Shown here: piece by piece, positions 1-13,470 of the stretch
How positions within the stretch are numbered: the first letter of the stretch is position 1
Layout: each line of letters opens with the position of its first letter
NCBI RefSeq assembly: GCF_006345805.1
Contig: NC_042999.1
Location: forward strand, 143,530,001 to 143,594,000
Reading direction: 5' to 3'
Length of the DNA: 64,000 nucleotides
Origin: Octopus sinensis
Lineage: Eukaryota
Translations under genes and position numbers: made by a program
Notes under the pieces: generated by a model
Database searches by the model: none
Told to the model about the DNA's origin: nothing
The model's input: the letters and a program-made list of their open reading frames with translations, nothing else

Positions 1-1608
1 ATCATATATTCTATTTTTACTATTCTTATGTTTATTGTTGTTTATCCTAAATCTATTGGTGTTGTTCCTAATAGTTCTACCTCCATTAGGAGGATTCCCC
101 TTAGGTATAAACCATATCTTACTTTTGTATCCTGCCTTAAGCAATGCTGCATTGTATCTATCACAATGCTTGTTAAAAATTTCCTCGTTAGAGGATAAAC
201 TAGAAATTCTCTGACTAATGCTACGCACTAGTGCATTTTTAATTTGAAGGGGGTGATTACTTGAACGGTTAATATATATTAGGTTAGAATTAGGTTTAAT
301 ATAAGGTTCATGTAATCAATTAGTAATGTTACAATTAACATCTAAATAATTAGCAGAATAATTTTCACTTTCAATGATAATGGATAGGCCGAAACTTTTT
401 AAAAATTTATTTATTCTTTTTTTCAGAAGATCTAATCTCCTATTAGATGTATTCTTAACACAAAATAAGGCGTCATCCCTGTACAATCCACCTTTTAATT
501 CAGGGAATTCCCTACTAAAGTTATCTAATAGATACATCCCAACTAGATCAGTCACCTCCGCCGAGTCCGGCGATCCCATTGTGATATCGAACAAGTTGGG
601 TGTGTCCTTTCTAGCCCAAAGTTTATTATCAAACTCTATTAAAGTTTTCCTGGCTGTTAATATAACCTTAATCTCCCCCATACTTAATTTAGTGTGTTTT
701 CTAGCAAAAATTAAGGACTTATTTAATATAATAGGGTTAATGGAAGTGTAATAATTCTCTATATCAAATTGGATGAATTTATTTCTATTATAGCTAAAGT
801 TGTTATTGTCACAGACCTTAATGGCAGAAAACCAATCCAAAGCACCCTGAGTATTCTTCCAAAGGTTTAGTTTGATTTTACTGCGGATGGTGGGTAGATA
901 TTTGTCTAGAATGAGTTTGCTTAGTCTGCCTAAGTCAGATTTAGTGGGGCAAATTAATCTGACCTGTGTGTTTCCAAGAAAGTTCTCTTTATGATCCTTT
1001 AGTGTAATTCTCGGTCTAGTTGGGGTGTAAGGTTCCGTTTTTTCTTCTAGGTAGTAGTCAAATATAATTTCTCTGATCTCCAGGTTCAGTTTTCTAAGTG
1101 TACTAGAAGGTACTACTTTGTATTTCTTGGTTATTTCTTTGTGTAGAAGATCATGATATGTAGGAATGTCAATATTGTAGATGTTGCTGGTTTTGTCAGA
1201 ATGTGTTAGAATGCCGCTCTTACCTTTGAGAGTTCTAATTAAATCTTTCAATTCCCTTCGGTGCGGGTTATATCTTAAAGGATGATTTCTAAATTTTATG
1301 TTTTTTATAGTCTCCCATAGTTCTTGTTCAAAATTGTCTAGATGTATATTTGGTGGAGGAGACTTCCTAGATTTAAATGCAGTGCCTGTTAATTTTAATA
1401 TTTCTTCATAGGTACTTCCAATTCCATTACGGATCGTTTCCCCAGTATGTTGTTGGTTTATTTTTTTGTTATAGTTCTCATGGTGGAAAATCCTCCATCT
1501 GATCCTGTGGATGAATTCATTAATTCTATAAATTAGCTCTTTAGTGTAATGGTCTTTGGTAGGGATAGGTACATCCTTCATTGATGAATTGATCAGTATT
1601 TTCTCCAT
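1..1608 (-). mobile_element. Penelope-like element reverse transcriptase ORF (Nematis-like); one in-frame TGA at 316-318; 3' end runs off the window
   Basis: ATG at 1608 (MEKILINSSMKDVPIP). Motifs TLKDHKENF..VRLICP, FIQFDIENYYTSI, DITMGSPDSAEV, GLYRDDALF, YLDV. Manual translation past the TGA stays open to base 1 (LHEPYIKPNSNLIYINRSSNHP..SISQRISSLSSNEEIF), as expected after a PLE RT. Clade is assigned from motif resemblance only. Confidence 0.9.
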
Positions 1609-2106
1609 TCTTCTCGCAGTAATGATCAAGGAGGAACAAATATACTACACTAGGGTGTATTCACATGCACTATTAATACTTAAATCAATAAATGGATGCT
1701 TCTATTACACCAGTATGAGCAATTCAGGTTCCTCAAAAGATAAATTTAGGTTATAAAATGAGATAGGGGTTGAAAATTCAACCCACCATGGGATAATATA
1801 TATCCAATATACTGCTAGATAGGTACCCAACAAGACTAATACATAGATGTTAAAAATTGCCAAACAATCAGTTCATCTATTGTATTATATGGGTAAAGGT
1901 AATAATATTACCGTAAATTAATACTACAAAATTAGAAAATGGAGAAACATACTTAAATCAATAAAACATCAACTATCAGATGATACCCAATCAATACTTT
2001 ATTACACCATTACATATCAGTAAAGGCATTATACAAAATATACAGTAAATGTAAATAGACAAAGAGATATAAGTATAAAATTTCAAATATAATATGTAAT
2101 TAAATC

Positions 2107-2222
2107 AAATCTTACAGCTGTTTCGGCAGCGAGGGCAGTCATACCTCATTTAACCTATAAGCCATAAAGGCAGGTATAAATGAGGCATTAACAAGGATGC
2201 CCCACGGCCTCTTCAGAGAATT
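2107..2222 (-). ncRNA. Type I hammerhead ribozyme with extended stem II, upstream of the PLE ORF (putative pLTR)
   Basis: Minus strand: aattct-CTGAAGA-GGC..(~90-nt hairpin incl. atgcctcattta/taaatgaggtat)..GCC-GAAA-cagctg-TA-agattt. Core intact, palindromic stem III, GUA cleavage triplet. Confidence 0.8.
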
Positions 2223-2519
2223 AAATTTGTTATAATTGTGAAAAAGATTATTTATCCATATACATATAAATATAAAAATATAAAAATGTAAAATATAAAA
2301 ACTTATGCATAAACTTCATAATGCTATACTTATATAATATAATACTCATTGGTACAATAATGCAAGGTAAACAGAACAAAATAAAACAAAATATATATCA
2401 GTGTATATATTAATATTAATAAGCACAGTTATTATACATATTTGGCTAATAGTTTTTAAAAAAAACTAACACATAGGGAGATGAAAAATAATAATTAAAA
2501 TATATAATATATATATATA

Positions 2520-2541
2520 TATAATATATATATATATTATA

Positions 2542-2586
<45 letters not shown>

Positions 2587-2663
2587 GTACATATATATAC
2601 ATATATACATACATATATATATATGTGTGTGTATATATATATGTATATATATATGTATATATA

Positions 2664-2712
<49 letters not shown>
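2520..2712. repeat. Example (TA)n/(TG)n microsatellite; similar TA, CA, ATT, GATA, TATG and GAAA arrays occur throughout
   Basis: Directly visible; these arrays explain most low-complexity ORFs in the track. Confidence 0.98.
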
Positions 2713-2715
<3 letters not shown>

Positions 2716-2929
2716 TTATGAGATGTTATGGTGTCAATATGACCCAAAGGTGTTAGGTAATGCTGAGTAAGTGCTATGGACAGACTATAGTTAAGCTCCA
2801 GGTTCGGTGATTATGTGAATGAGGAATCCAGCAAACGTCATATATCAGCATGTGTATATATGTTAAAATTTTCAGAATGTGATAAAAATCCAAGGCTGTG
2901 AAAGATTTTAGAACATTTATAAATAGAAG

Positions 2930-2975
2930 GTCTTACAGCTGTTCTGGAATATTTTATATATCCCTTCATCGGAGG
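2930..2975 (-). ncRNA. Degenerate hammerhead remnant
   Basis: Minus strand ccgatga-agg..cc-agaa-cagctg-taaga. Same stem III and cleavage context as the 2107-2222 HHR, but the core is mutated. Confidence 0.4.
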
Positions 2976-3043
2976 GCTATTTGGATCTTTATCTCATTCT
3001 GAAAATTGATATATATATATATATATATATAATATATATATAT

Positions 3044-4160
3044 ACTAGCAGTATCACCCGGTGTTGATTGGGTTTGTTTCGACCCTTTAGAATTGGAATT
3101 TTTGAAAAGTAAAAATTTTGCATTATGCAACTTGTTATTCTCTTCAAGTGAACATTTTTCCAGTTGAAATACACTGAAAAATGGTGACACAGCAGTAAAA
3201 AATCGTAAAAAAATAGGGATTTTCATAGTAAAAAGCACTTTTTTGATGTAAATAATTTTTGGTGTTAACATGGTCCGATTTGAATTTTATCTTCTACAGA
3301 ATGAAGAGCAAGCCTTCTTCTATCATACTCTCAATTTTGGTCAACTTGCGCTGCAGGGTCGCGAAGGAGATAGTGTTAGTTGAAGGCTACCAAACCTGCC
3401 GCACACAGACAACTTCAGCTTTATATATAGAGATTTTCTACACACTACTTTCCATCCTTAATAATGAAACTTGGTAGATCCAAAAGTTAAACACACAGAC
3501 ACACACACAGATACACACCCAGACACACAAGTTGAGTTTTATATATATAGATTTCTCAACGGGGATTTCAGGGGAGAGTTTCAGGGAGTCGCTGGCGATG
3601 TATCGTGACGATCAAAAATCCGGCCTGCTAAAATTTGGTTAAAGTAATTCAAACTGCAGACTCAACGCAAAACGGTCACATTTAATTCAAAGCGTTAAAA
3701 ATGTTATGAAAACAATTGGTATATGTTCACAAAGTCCAAACAATTAATACGAAAAAATCCTCCAGGCTACATCCCGAAAATTCATTTCTTTGCCGAATTT
3801 CTACAATGTTTACGGCGATTCGTTTTTATATCTTGATTTTTTTTATTTTTCATGCAATTTACGCATGCTTGCACGCGTGGTGAACACAGTTCACGTCAAA
3901 CAGTTGACTGAGTAAAGTTCACTATTCAATGCATGGGATAAGGCCTAAACAAACACATTATCGATTTTTGCACTTGCGAGATGAATTTCGGAACAGAAAT
4001 AGCGCAGTTCAATTTTCATTCGCCTAAACTTTAAGTGACCCATTTTTGTGGTTCTACGATTTGTTGGCTAGGAGGAGATGTGCCGGGAAGTTAAACAAAC
4101 AGACACACACACAGATACACACACAGACACACAAGTTGAGTTTTATATATATATATATAT
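3044..4160 (+). mobile_element. Non-autonomous Helitron-like modules
   Basis: Starts actagcagtatcacccggtgttg and ends agctttatatatagagat. A 3' module (aagttaaac..cacacaagttgagttttatatata) is repeated at ~3485-3552 and ~4089-4160. Superfamily inferred from terminal style. Confidence 0.4.
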
Positions 4161-4170
4161 ATGAAATATA

Positions 4171-4225
<55 letters not shown>

Positions 4226-5542
4226 ATATATTATATATATATATATATACATGCTACATTGAGGTTATTAGTTTAAAGCAAGTTTAAGAATACCAACGGA
4301 ATATTTACTTATGATTGTTGAGAGTAAAGACAAATTTATTATTAAAAATATATATGTTGCTTTATTCTAAATATTGTAGAATTTCTCCTGAAGATCGCCA
4401 ACCTTAACTTCAGATTCGCGATACAAGCTCATAGTTTGAGTTTCAGTTTCAAGAGAAAGAATTTCAGATTTTGTAACGGAAACAAATACGTCTCTTAAAC
4501 AAGTAAGAGAAAGAAAGGCAGATCATCTAGTTATGTATAGCAAGAAGCGGAAAGAAAATAATTAGAAATAACACTATCTAAGATGTGAGGATATTTCATT
4601 CACATATCAAGGGAAGAAGACTAGAGATATGGTCCTGCTTTTAAAAGCGAAAACGGGGAGAAGGGACACACCGAGTTGGTATGTTACGTACCAATCCACA
4701 CACTAGTACTGAAACACTTAAGTGAACGAGATACGAAAGGGACAAAAATATTTAAAATATTTACAATGGATATTGATGTTTGGTTTGTCACCCCCTTGTG
4801 ATGCATTATGAACCGTATCGAAATAGCTTAGGGTGACATGTGTTCAAGTAGAGTCTCAATGAATGTAAAAGTACTTAGAACACCTGAAAGTTACAGAACC
4901 ATTATGGTACTGTTCCCTCAAGGTTGCGAAAGAAAAGGCCATGAAACTGGTGATTCAGACGAGAAATCTCAGTTAGTACACTTATGTGAGGGAAAAAATT
5001 TGTGTTTTCTGCTCTGATGAACTCGAAAACCACAGAGAAAAACATAATAAGAGACACTAATGCTAACACTAGCCTGCACTCTTGGGTGGGTAGTATGCTT
5101 TTATTACTTTTATGAATGTGAATTAAATTATCATGACTCGATTTATCACATTTTGTCCTCTTCATATTTTATATCTTCACATGTATTATAACCCATTTTG
5201 CAAGACTAGTTTATTATTCATATGGCCAATGAAGAAAGAATAACTTTTCTTGTTTTTGTTGCTATTTATTTTAGAATATAGATAACAAATTGGAGGAAGG
5301 CGTTGTACTTTTCACTGCGTCCCTTTAAGTTCTAAATCCCACCGGGGTGGACTTCACCTTTCATTCATTTGTAATCGATGCTAACAATGTATTGCGAATG
5401 GACCCATTCCCTAATAAATTTGTTGATCATGTACCAGTATTAGAAAACATTACACACGTGTGCGTGCGCGTGCACACACACATACATACACATACACACA
5501 CAAAACACACACATATGCATGTTTGTATACATATATGTATTA

Positions 5543-5592
<50 letters not shown>

Positions 5593-6974
5593 GCAGGAAG
5601 AAAATTCCAAAGGGGTGATGATCTGAGAGAGGAGAAACTGCGAATGTGACATTCATGTTTTTCCTAAGAGCACTAACAGAGTAAATGATACAGCTACGGT
5701 TTGGCATCAGACCTGGCCAACAGAAAAATACGTCTTTCTTCGGTGCTTCTTTTTATGGGTTTTCGTTATAACATCAAAATCGTTCCAATACTAAGTATTA
5801 AGTTGTAACGACTTGTCTTACTATCTGCTATCGTAAAAAGTGCTTTTAAATTCCTTTTGGTTTTATTTTGAATAGGCACAAAGCCCACATGATGCGAATG
5901 AAAGCTGCGATATCCATATATTCGCAGACGATTTACCGCAAAAATGAAGTTAAATAACCCTCAAAACTATATGGAAATAAGAATACAGATTCAGCTTACA
6001 TGATATTTGCCTCTACAGTGATTGACGTATTGAATTAACTGAATGGATAAGTTATTGAGTCAGTTGCACAAGGACTATGAATTAGTATCCATTCCAGGCA
6101 ATCCGTTACCAAAATATGAACAGTCCCTGTTCTTTATTTCGGACTATTAAGTGACAAACATCGACATCCCATGTCATGTCCTTTGGCTTTATGGGGTGTT
6201 ATAAATCCACATACGTGGTACTAGTTATCATTTCCAGATATGTATTATCGGAAACACGACCAAATATTTTAGTAAGGAATTTTTGTGTTTATTTTTTTAT
6301 TAGTCCTTTTTATATTGCACGTTTCTTAATTAGGTTTATTCGGAACAATATATATACTAGTTCCATCAATGATTTAGGATTTCCCAGCTTTATCTTCTGG
6401 CTGTGGTTATTGCGTTTTATTGTAAGTGACGATCATGAGAAATTTGTTGCGACTCTTTCCCATCCGATATATTTGGAACGATGACGTCAGGTTTCCTTCA
6501 ACAAAATGACAAAAAATAATTAAACACCCTTACGAATGAGAAAAAAACTAAAGACCGTTCCCATGATTCTCACTTGCAATAAAATGGCATTAACAACCGC
6601 TGTGAATCTTTGAACTATTGAGGTAATTCGAACATGCGTTGCTCTGAAGTGATTATAAAGAATTAATAAAACAAATATTAAAATTCTTTAAAAAAGGGAG
6701 TTCTATGTCATTTTCATCTCTCTATATATATAAAACTGAGAATGTGTGTGTGTGTGTCTGTCTGTCTGTGTGTTTCCCTAAAACTTGAGAACTACACAAC
6801 CAATTTCGTTCAAGGTTTACACATGCCTTACTTAGGGTCCATGTAGTGTCATGGGCAAAAAGATTTCTAACTTCTTGCCTAGGGCGAGCCCACAGCAATA
6901 TCATATCTTCTCCACTATTTCAGTCTTACATGTTAAAAGTGAAACAAAAACATCTCTCTGTTGTATGAATATGG

Positions 6975-7079
<105 letters not shown>

Positions 7080-7258
7080 ATACATGTATATATATAGCTG
7101 TATATGTATAGATGTATTTCTATGGATATACATGTATGTGTATACATCTATGTCAAGATGTATATATATATAGATAGATGCACATGTAATATGTACACAT
7201 TTATATACACATATATATACACCCATACACACATACACACCCACACACACATACATAA

Positions 7259-7560
7259 GTGCAGGTATGACTGTGTGGTAACAAACTTGGTTCTAAACAC
7301 ATGGCCTTCAGTTCAGTCCCACTGTGTGGTAACTTGGCATGTGTCTTCTGCTATAGCCTGAGACCAACCAAAGCCTTGTCAGTGAATTTTGTAGACAGAA
7401 ACTGAAAGAAATCAATTGTATGTATATGTAAGTATATATGTAAGTCTATGTGTGTGTCTTTGTGTTTCTCCCTCATCACTGCTTCACAACTGGTGTCGTT
7501 TATTTGCATCCCCATAACTTACTGGTTTCACAAGAAGAAACTGATAGAATAAGTACCAGG
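7259..7560 (+). mobile_element. tRNA-derived SINE, family B (CORE-like)
   Basis: A/B-box-like head (ctgtgtggtaac..ttcagtccc), aacttggcatgtgtc core and ccaaagccttg body shared with copies at 26781 and 60770. Confidence 0.75.
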
Positions 7561-7660
7561 TTTATCAAAATATAAAACAGCACTACGAAGTGTCTCATAT
7601 TTTTGTTTGCCCACTCAGTTGTATCTATCAACTTATCTTTGCGTGTGTGTATATATATAT

Positions 7661-9826
7661 CATCATCATCATCATCATCATTTAGTGTCCGTTTTCCATG
7701 CTAGCATGGGTTGGACGGTTCAACTGAGGTCTGGGAAGTCAGAAGGCTGCACCAAGCCCAGTCTGATCTGGCAATGTTTCTACGGCTGGATGCCCTTCCT
7801 AACGCCAACCACTCCGTGAGTGTAGTGGGTGCTTTTTACGTGCCACCGGCACTGGTATCACAGCTACAATTTTCATTGATGTTGATCGATTTCGATTTTG
7901 ATTCTGATTCTCACTTGCCTCAACAGGTCTTCACAAGTAGAGATTTGTGTCCCAAGAAGGAAAGGTATGCATAAGTGGACTGGCTACATCCCAGGTAGAG
8001 GCCATGGGTTATGGTCTCACTTGTCCTGCCGGGTCTTCTCACGCACAGCATACTTCCATAGGTCTCGATCTCTAGTCATTTCCTCGGTGAGACCTAAAGT
8101 TCGAAGATCGTGCTTCACCACCTCGTCCCAGGTTTTCCTGGGTCTACCACTTCCAGAGGTTCCCTCAACCGCTAGGGTGTGGCACTTTTTCACACAACTA
8201 TCTTCATCCATTCTCGCTACAAGACCATACCAGCGCAAACGTATCTCTTGCACACCACAGCTGATGCTTCTTAGGTCCAACTTTTCTCTCAAGGTACTTA
8301 CACTCTGTCGAGTATGAACACTGACATTACACATCCATCGGAGCATACTGGCTTCATTTCTTGCGAGCTTACGCATATCCTTAGCAGTCACGGCCCATAT
8401 TTCACTAGCATGTAGCATGGCTGTTCGTACACATGCATCATGCAGTCACCCTTTTACTCTGAGAGAGAGGCCTTTTGTCACCAGCAGGGGTAAGAGCCCT
8501 CTGAACTTTGTCCAGGCTATTCTTACTCTAGCAGTTACACTTTCAGCACACCCACCCCCGCTACTGACTTGGTCACCTCGGTAACGGAAGCTATCAACTA
8601 TTTCTAGTTTTTCTCCCTGGAATGTGGTGGAAGTTGGTCTCTGCGCATTTTCAGTGTTTATTGCTCCTGAGCATCTGCCACATACAAAAACTATTTTCCT
8701 AGTTAGCCTTCCTTTGACATTGCTGCACCTCTTATGTGTCCATAGCTTACACTTGGTGCATCTTATAGAGTTTCTACCTACGCCTTTTCTACAGATCGAG
8801 CAGGGCCATCTACCTGAAGGCGTTTGTGATTTGTCTACCTTCCTACTTATTAGGACTTTGGTTTTAGCTAGGTTAACTCTAAGGCCCTTCAATTCTAATC
8901 CTTGCTTCCACATCTGAAACTTCTCCTCTAGTTCTGATAGTGACTCAGCAACTAGAGCAAAGTCATCAGCATAGAGGAGCTCCCAGGGGCATCCTGTCTT
9001 GAATTCCTCCGTTATTGCCTGGAGGACTATGATAAATAGGAGGGGGCTGAGGACTGAACCTTGGTGGACCCCAACCTCTACCCGGAATTCTTCACTGTAC
9101 TCGTTGCCAACCCTCACCTTACTGGCAGCGTCCCTGTACATGGCTCGCACAGCTCTCACTAACCATTCATCTATCCCTAGTTTCCTCATTGACCACCAGA
9201 TAAGGGATCGAGGGACCCTGTCGAAGGCTTTCTCCATGTCAACAAAAGCCAGGTACAGGGGCTTACCTTTGGCTAGGTATTTCTCCTGCAGCTGTCTTAC
9301 AAGGAATATAGCATCAGTAGTACTTTTCCCTGGCACGAACCCAAACTGCATCTCATCTAAACTAACTCTCTCTCTAATTAGTTGGGCTATGACCCTCTCC
9401 GTAACCTTCATTACCTGATCCAACAGCTTGATACCCCTATAGTTATTTGTATCTAGGGCGTCATCTTTACCTTTGTAGCAGTTGACTATTATGCTGCTAC
9501 ACCAGTCATTGGGAATGACTCCTTCATGTATCACCTGGTTAACTATACGAGTGACTAGGCTATAGCCGACACTACCAGATATTTTGAGCATCTCTGCAGT
9601 AATTCCTGATGGGCCTGGGGCTTACCCTGTCTTCATGCTACTAATTGCCTTAACTACCAAGGAACTATCAACTCGGATAGCTGGTCCCTCTGTTGGGTCG
9701 ACATTCGGCAGGCTCTCTTTATCCCATTGATTTTCTTGATTCAGCAACCTTTCATAGTGACGTCTCCATACCTCTCTCTTTGCATCCTCATTTAGAGCAA
9801 GTGAACCATCATCCATACTAAGTAAC
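7661..9826 (-). mobile_element. RTE-clade non-LTR retrotransposon, 5'-truncated; one reading frame with two in-frame stops
   Basis: ORF pieces 9622-9826, 8446-9591 and 8017-8418 share a frame. Motifs TG*APGPSG, YRGIKLL, QFGFVPGKSTTDAIF, FVDMEKAFDRV, GVHQGSVLSPLLF, YADD, LRWYG. 3' UTR ends in (GAT)n. Confidence 0.95.
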
Positions 9827-11013
9827 ATGTATGTATGTATGTATGTATGTATGTATGTATGTATGTATGTATGTATGTATGTATGTATGTATGTATGTAT
9901 GCATGTATGTATGCACGCATGTATGTATGCATGCATGTATGTATGTATGCATGTATGTAAGGCGAATAGGTACAGTCATTATGGTGCCTGATAGACTGAT
10001 TGTGACATTTGTCCCAACCTTCTGCAATTTGAGTTCAAATCTCGCAGGATCAACTTTGCCTTCCATCTTTTCGTGTGGCTATGAAAATGTACCAATCCAA
10101 AGCGATAGATTGGGGGAATTGCAAGAACGTTCGACAGGATGGCTTGCGTTATTCATTCCGGCTCTTTGCTTTTGGAATTCAAATTCCAAAGAAGTTATAG
10201 GTGCAGATTCTAATGGTGGTATTGTTCACTTCGCATACTACAATCTAAGAAGCTACAATCCTTCAATATGACATTGAAAAAGCGGCTGAAGACATTATCT
10301 TTATCCCAGGTCTCAAAGACAACACCTATGCTACAATCAAGAAAGCTCATTAAGCACAATGAAATAAAAACCCTTAAAATCTATTGAGTCCTTAGTTTTC
10401 TCAGGAAGTAACATCGCATCTAAAGAAAATTTACAGAAGTTCGTTTCACCAAAGAATGTGCTCAGGGTACTTGTAAAGACCACTATACTCTTCCCCCATA
10501 CTCACTAAATAAAAAATGTGGACTATTTTTTGATGGCTTCAATGTAATCTAATAGTCATTGCTACTTGATTTTCCTAAAAGAAATTTCTTCCTTGCGACT
10601 GTGGAATCAGTGCCATTATAAGAGTATGGAGTAAAGACATAATGGTGCTTACACCCACATGTTCTGAATATTTAATTGGAAAATCATTAAACAAACACAT
10701 ACCTTTTACAAGAAATCATATTAGTAAAACACTTTTATGGACACGGTCACACTTCTTATATACTAACGGCTCAGCTGTTCATTAGAAACCTTCACCGACT
10801 AACTCTGTACAAACACGGTATGTTCACATCGGGCTTATGCGACTAAATTTAACCTGTTGAGAAATAGCTGAAACTTTAAAGGTTCATATGTAAAACACAC
10901 ACGTGCATAGGAATGAATATCTGTATTTGTATGCATATATCATTTAATACAACCGACTTCGGTTGATTCTTTGACTGTTTCTTGATTTATACGATATCAT
11001 TATGTTACGTATA

Positions 11014-11245
11014 GGTGGAGAGCTGGCAGAAACATTAGCACGCCGGACGATATGCGTAGCCGTATTTCGTCTGCTGTTACGTTCTGAGTTCAAATTCCAC
11101 CGAGGTCGACTTTGCCTTTCATCCTTTCGGGGTCGATAAATTAAGTACCAGTTACGCACTGGGGTCGATGTAATCGACTTAATCCATTTGTGTGTCCTTG
11201 TTTGTCCCCTCTGTGTTTAGCCCCTTGTGGGTTGTAAAGAAATAT
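11014..11245 (+). mobile_element. tRNA-derived SINE, family A, with ~19-bp target-site duplication
   Basis: Head ggtggagagctggcagaaacattagc..gagttcaaattcc and central gtcgactttgcctttcatcctttcggggtcgat. Flanking direct repeat atacgatatcattatgtta at 10989-11007 and 11246-11264. Confidence 0.85.
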
Positions 11246-11525
11246 ATACGATATCATTATGTTATGTCCTTTCTATGACAACATGGTTGGGATTTGAGGA
11301 CCACTTATTGGTTTTACTCTCTGCAAGATACATATCGCAGAGAATTGATTTAAAAGCTTACATTTGGGGGAATAGCTTTGATATAGAAGTCCTATATTTC
11401 GTCACTTCTGCAAAGATTTTGATGAATCTCAATGTGCTCTTAAGAGAAATTGCTAAAGACTTATCTGTCTTATTTATTTATCGGCTAATCTAATCATCAG
11501 TTTGTGCTACCTGCGTATACACACT

Positions 11526-11586
<61 letters not shown>

Positions 11587-11605
11587 CACACACACACACA
11601 CACAC

Positions 11606-11688
<83 letters not shown>

Positions 11689-12361
11689 GGAGACACAGCA
11701 ATATTTATTTCACTTAAATTACAAATGCTTTTGTAAAACGCATAAACTTCCCAAAATTCAGTCACCCACCCCGTACAAATATTAGTCTTCTCATGAGCCA
11801 CAGTTAAATCTAATGCATCCGATTTTCAATTTAACACTATTAGCTGGTACTTTGTTTTCCGTAGCTGAATCCACTTTGTTGTAAACATGTGCTCCAAACT
11901 CCACATTTTTCCCGGAAACGTTCACTTGCAGACGTTCAGGCCGAGTATCAGCTGTATCAATTTCACTGGTTCTCCCTTAACCAACTTGTAAAAAAATTTC
12001 TAAAACAACTTCAGCATCGCATACGTTCAAAAAGTACTTAATTGTATTGTAGTTTATGTTTAAAAACTATAGCATGCATCAAAGTGGATGCCACTATAGA
12101 TTACTAATGGGTCCAACTTCCCCACTGAGAACAAGGACTCGATACCGTTACAATTTAGATTTTAAAGGTTCCTCAACATTTCAATACCTTGTCTAAATAT
12201 CTAAGAGATCAGCACGACACAGATATGGATGTATTAAAAAAAGAAAACATCTGCGGACATTTTATTTGAGATCCCAGACAAAATTATTACTTTGCAGCAA
12301 AAAATATTATCTATAAAATCAATCACATACGCACTCACACGCCCCCTCCACGCACACACAC

Positions 12362-12412
<51 letters not shown>

Positions 12413-12819
12413 GAAAGAGAGTTAGTTATGGAAATATAATAGATTAAAAGTAGCAGTTAAAGCGGTGCTTCAGCAAGACCACAGTGGATAAGCTGGAACT
12501 TATAAAAGCTTCTTACCACACATAGCTATTTTTTTTATATATCTTAGTTAGAAGGAAAAGCTAGTGCCTATGACATTTTACAAGGTCTCCAACATTACTG
12601 GGAGGTAGGTATCCTCCATCCGGAGATCCAGTGTGGATGTTTGTAATAGTAGATCCTTCTAAAGACACCTATATGAACGATGGATTAAGTCTACTTATCA
12701 CCTGCGTAGACCTCGACAGGATTTGAACCTTGAATGTATAGAGATGGAACAAATGCTACAAACCTGATGATTATATTATCCACCACCCAAGACAAATGAT
12801 TTATTATCTACGAATTATC

Positions 12820-13020
12820 TTTTACCTCCCTGTTTCATTCATTCGACTGTGGTCATGCAGGGGCACCACCTTGAAAACTTTCGTTCAGTGGTTTTCAACC
12901 AAAGTCCATATGGCTCTTAAGGGTCCATAGGTAGGAAATGGTTGAGAACCACTGGTTTAGTCGAACAAATCGACCGCTAATGTTACGGGGATTTAAACAT
13001 ACTAATACCAGTTGTCAAGC
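12820..13020 (-). mobile_element. SINE 3' part (family B tail), interrupted by a mini-MITE
   Basis: Reverse complement of the ggtggtgcccctgcatgaccacagtc..gaaac tail and the gtcgatttgttcgactaaa motif. Confidence 0.6.
12886..12954. mobile_element. 69-bp hAT-like mini-MITE
   Basis: TIRs CAGTGGTTTTCAACC / GGTTGAGAACCACTG. Flanks ctttcgtt and gtttagtc match 5/8, a possibly decayed 8-bp TSD. Confidence 0.6.
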
Positions 13021-13238
13021 GGTAGTGGAACACACACACACACACACACACATACACACACACACATACACACACACACACACACACATACACGCATATA
13101 TATATATATAATTTTCTTTCGAAAATCATAGCGTAGAAGTGCTCAACTCGAACCCGAGGCGCTAGACAAGTATAATAGATGCAATAGAAAAGGTTCAAAT
13201 CAGTCTGCCTGATTTGAACCTTTTCTATTGCATCTTAT

Positions 13239-13309
<71 letters not shown>

Positions 13310-13311
<2 letters not shown>

Positions 13312-13470
13312 CGGGTTTCTTTCAGTTTCATTCTACCAAATATGTTCTAAATGCTTTGGTCGATTCGAGGCTATAGTAGAAGACACTTGCCTAAGGTGCC
13401 ACGCAGTGGAACTGAACCTGGAACTATGTGGTTAAGAAACAAACCTTAACCACACAGCTACGCCTACATT
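13310..13470 (-). mobile_element. SINE family B 5' half
   Basis: Reverse complement of the gtaggcgtagctgtgtggtt..gttcagttccactgcgtggcaccttaggcaagtgtc head and core. Confidence 0.75.

Noticed and set aside
2130-2200. Possible SECIS in the long hairpin
   Set aside because: No AUGA..GA quartet on either strand; the hairpin is HHR stem II and lies 5' of the ORF.
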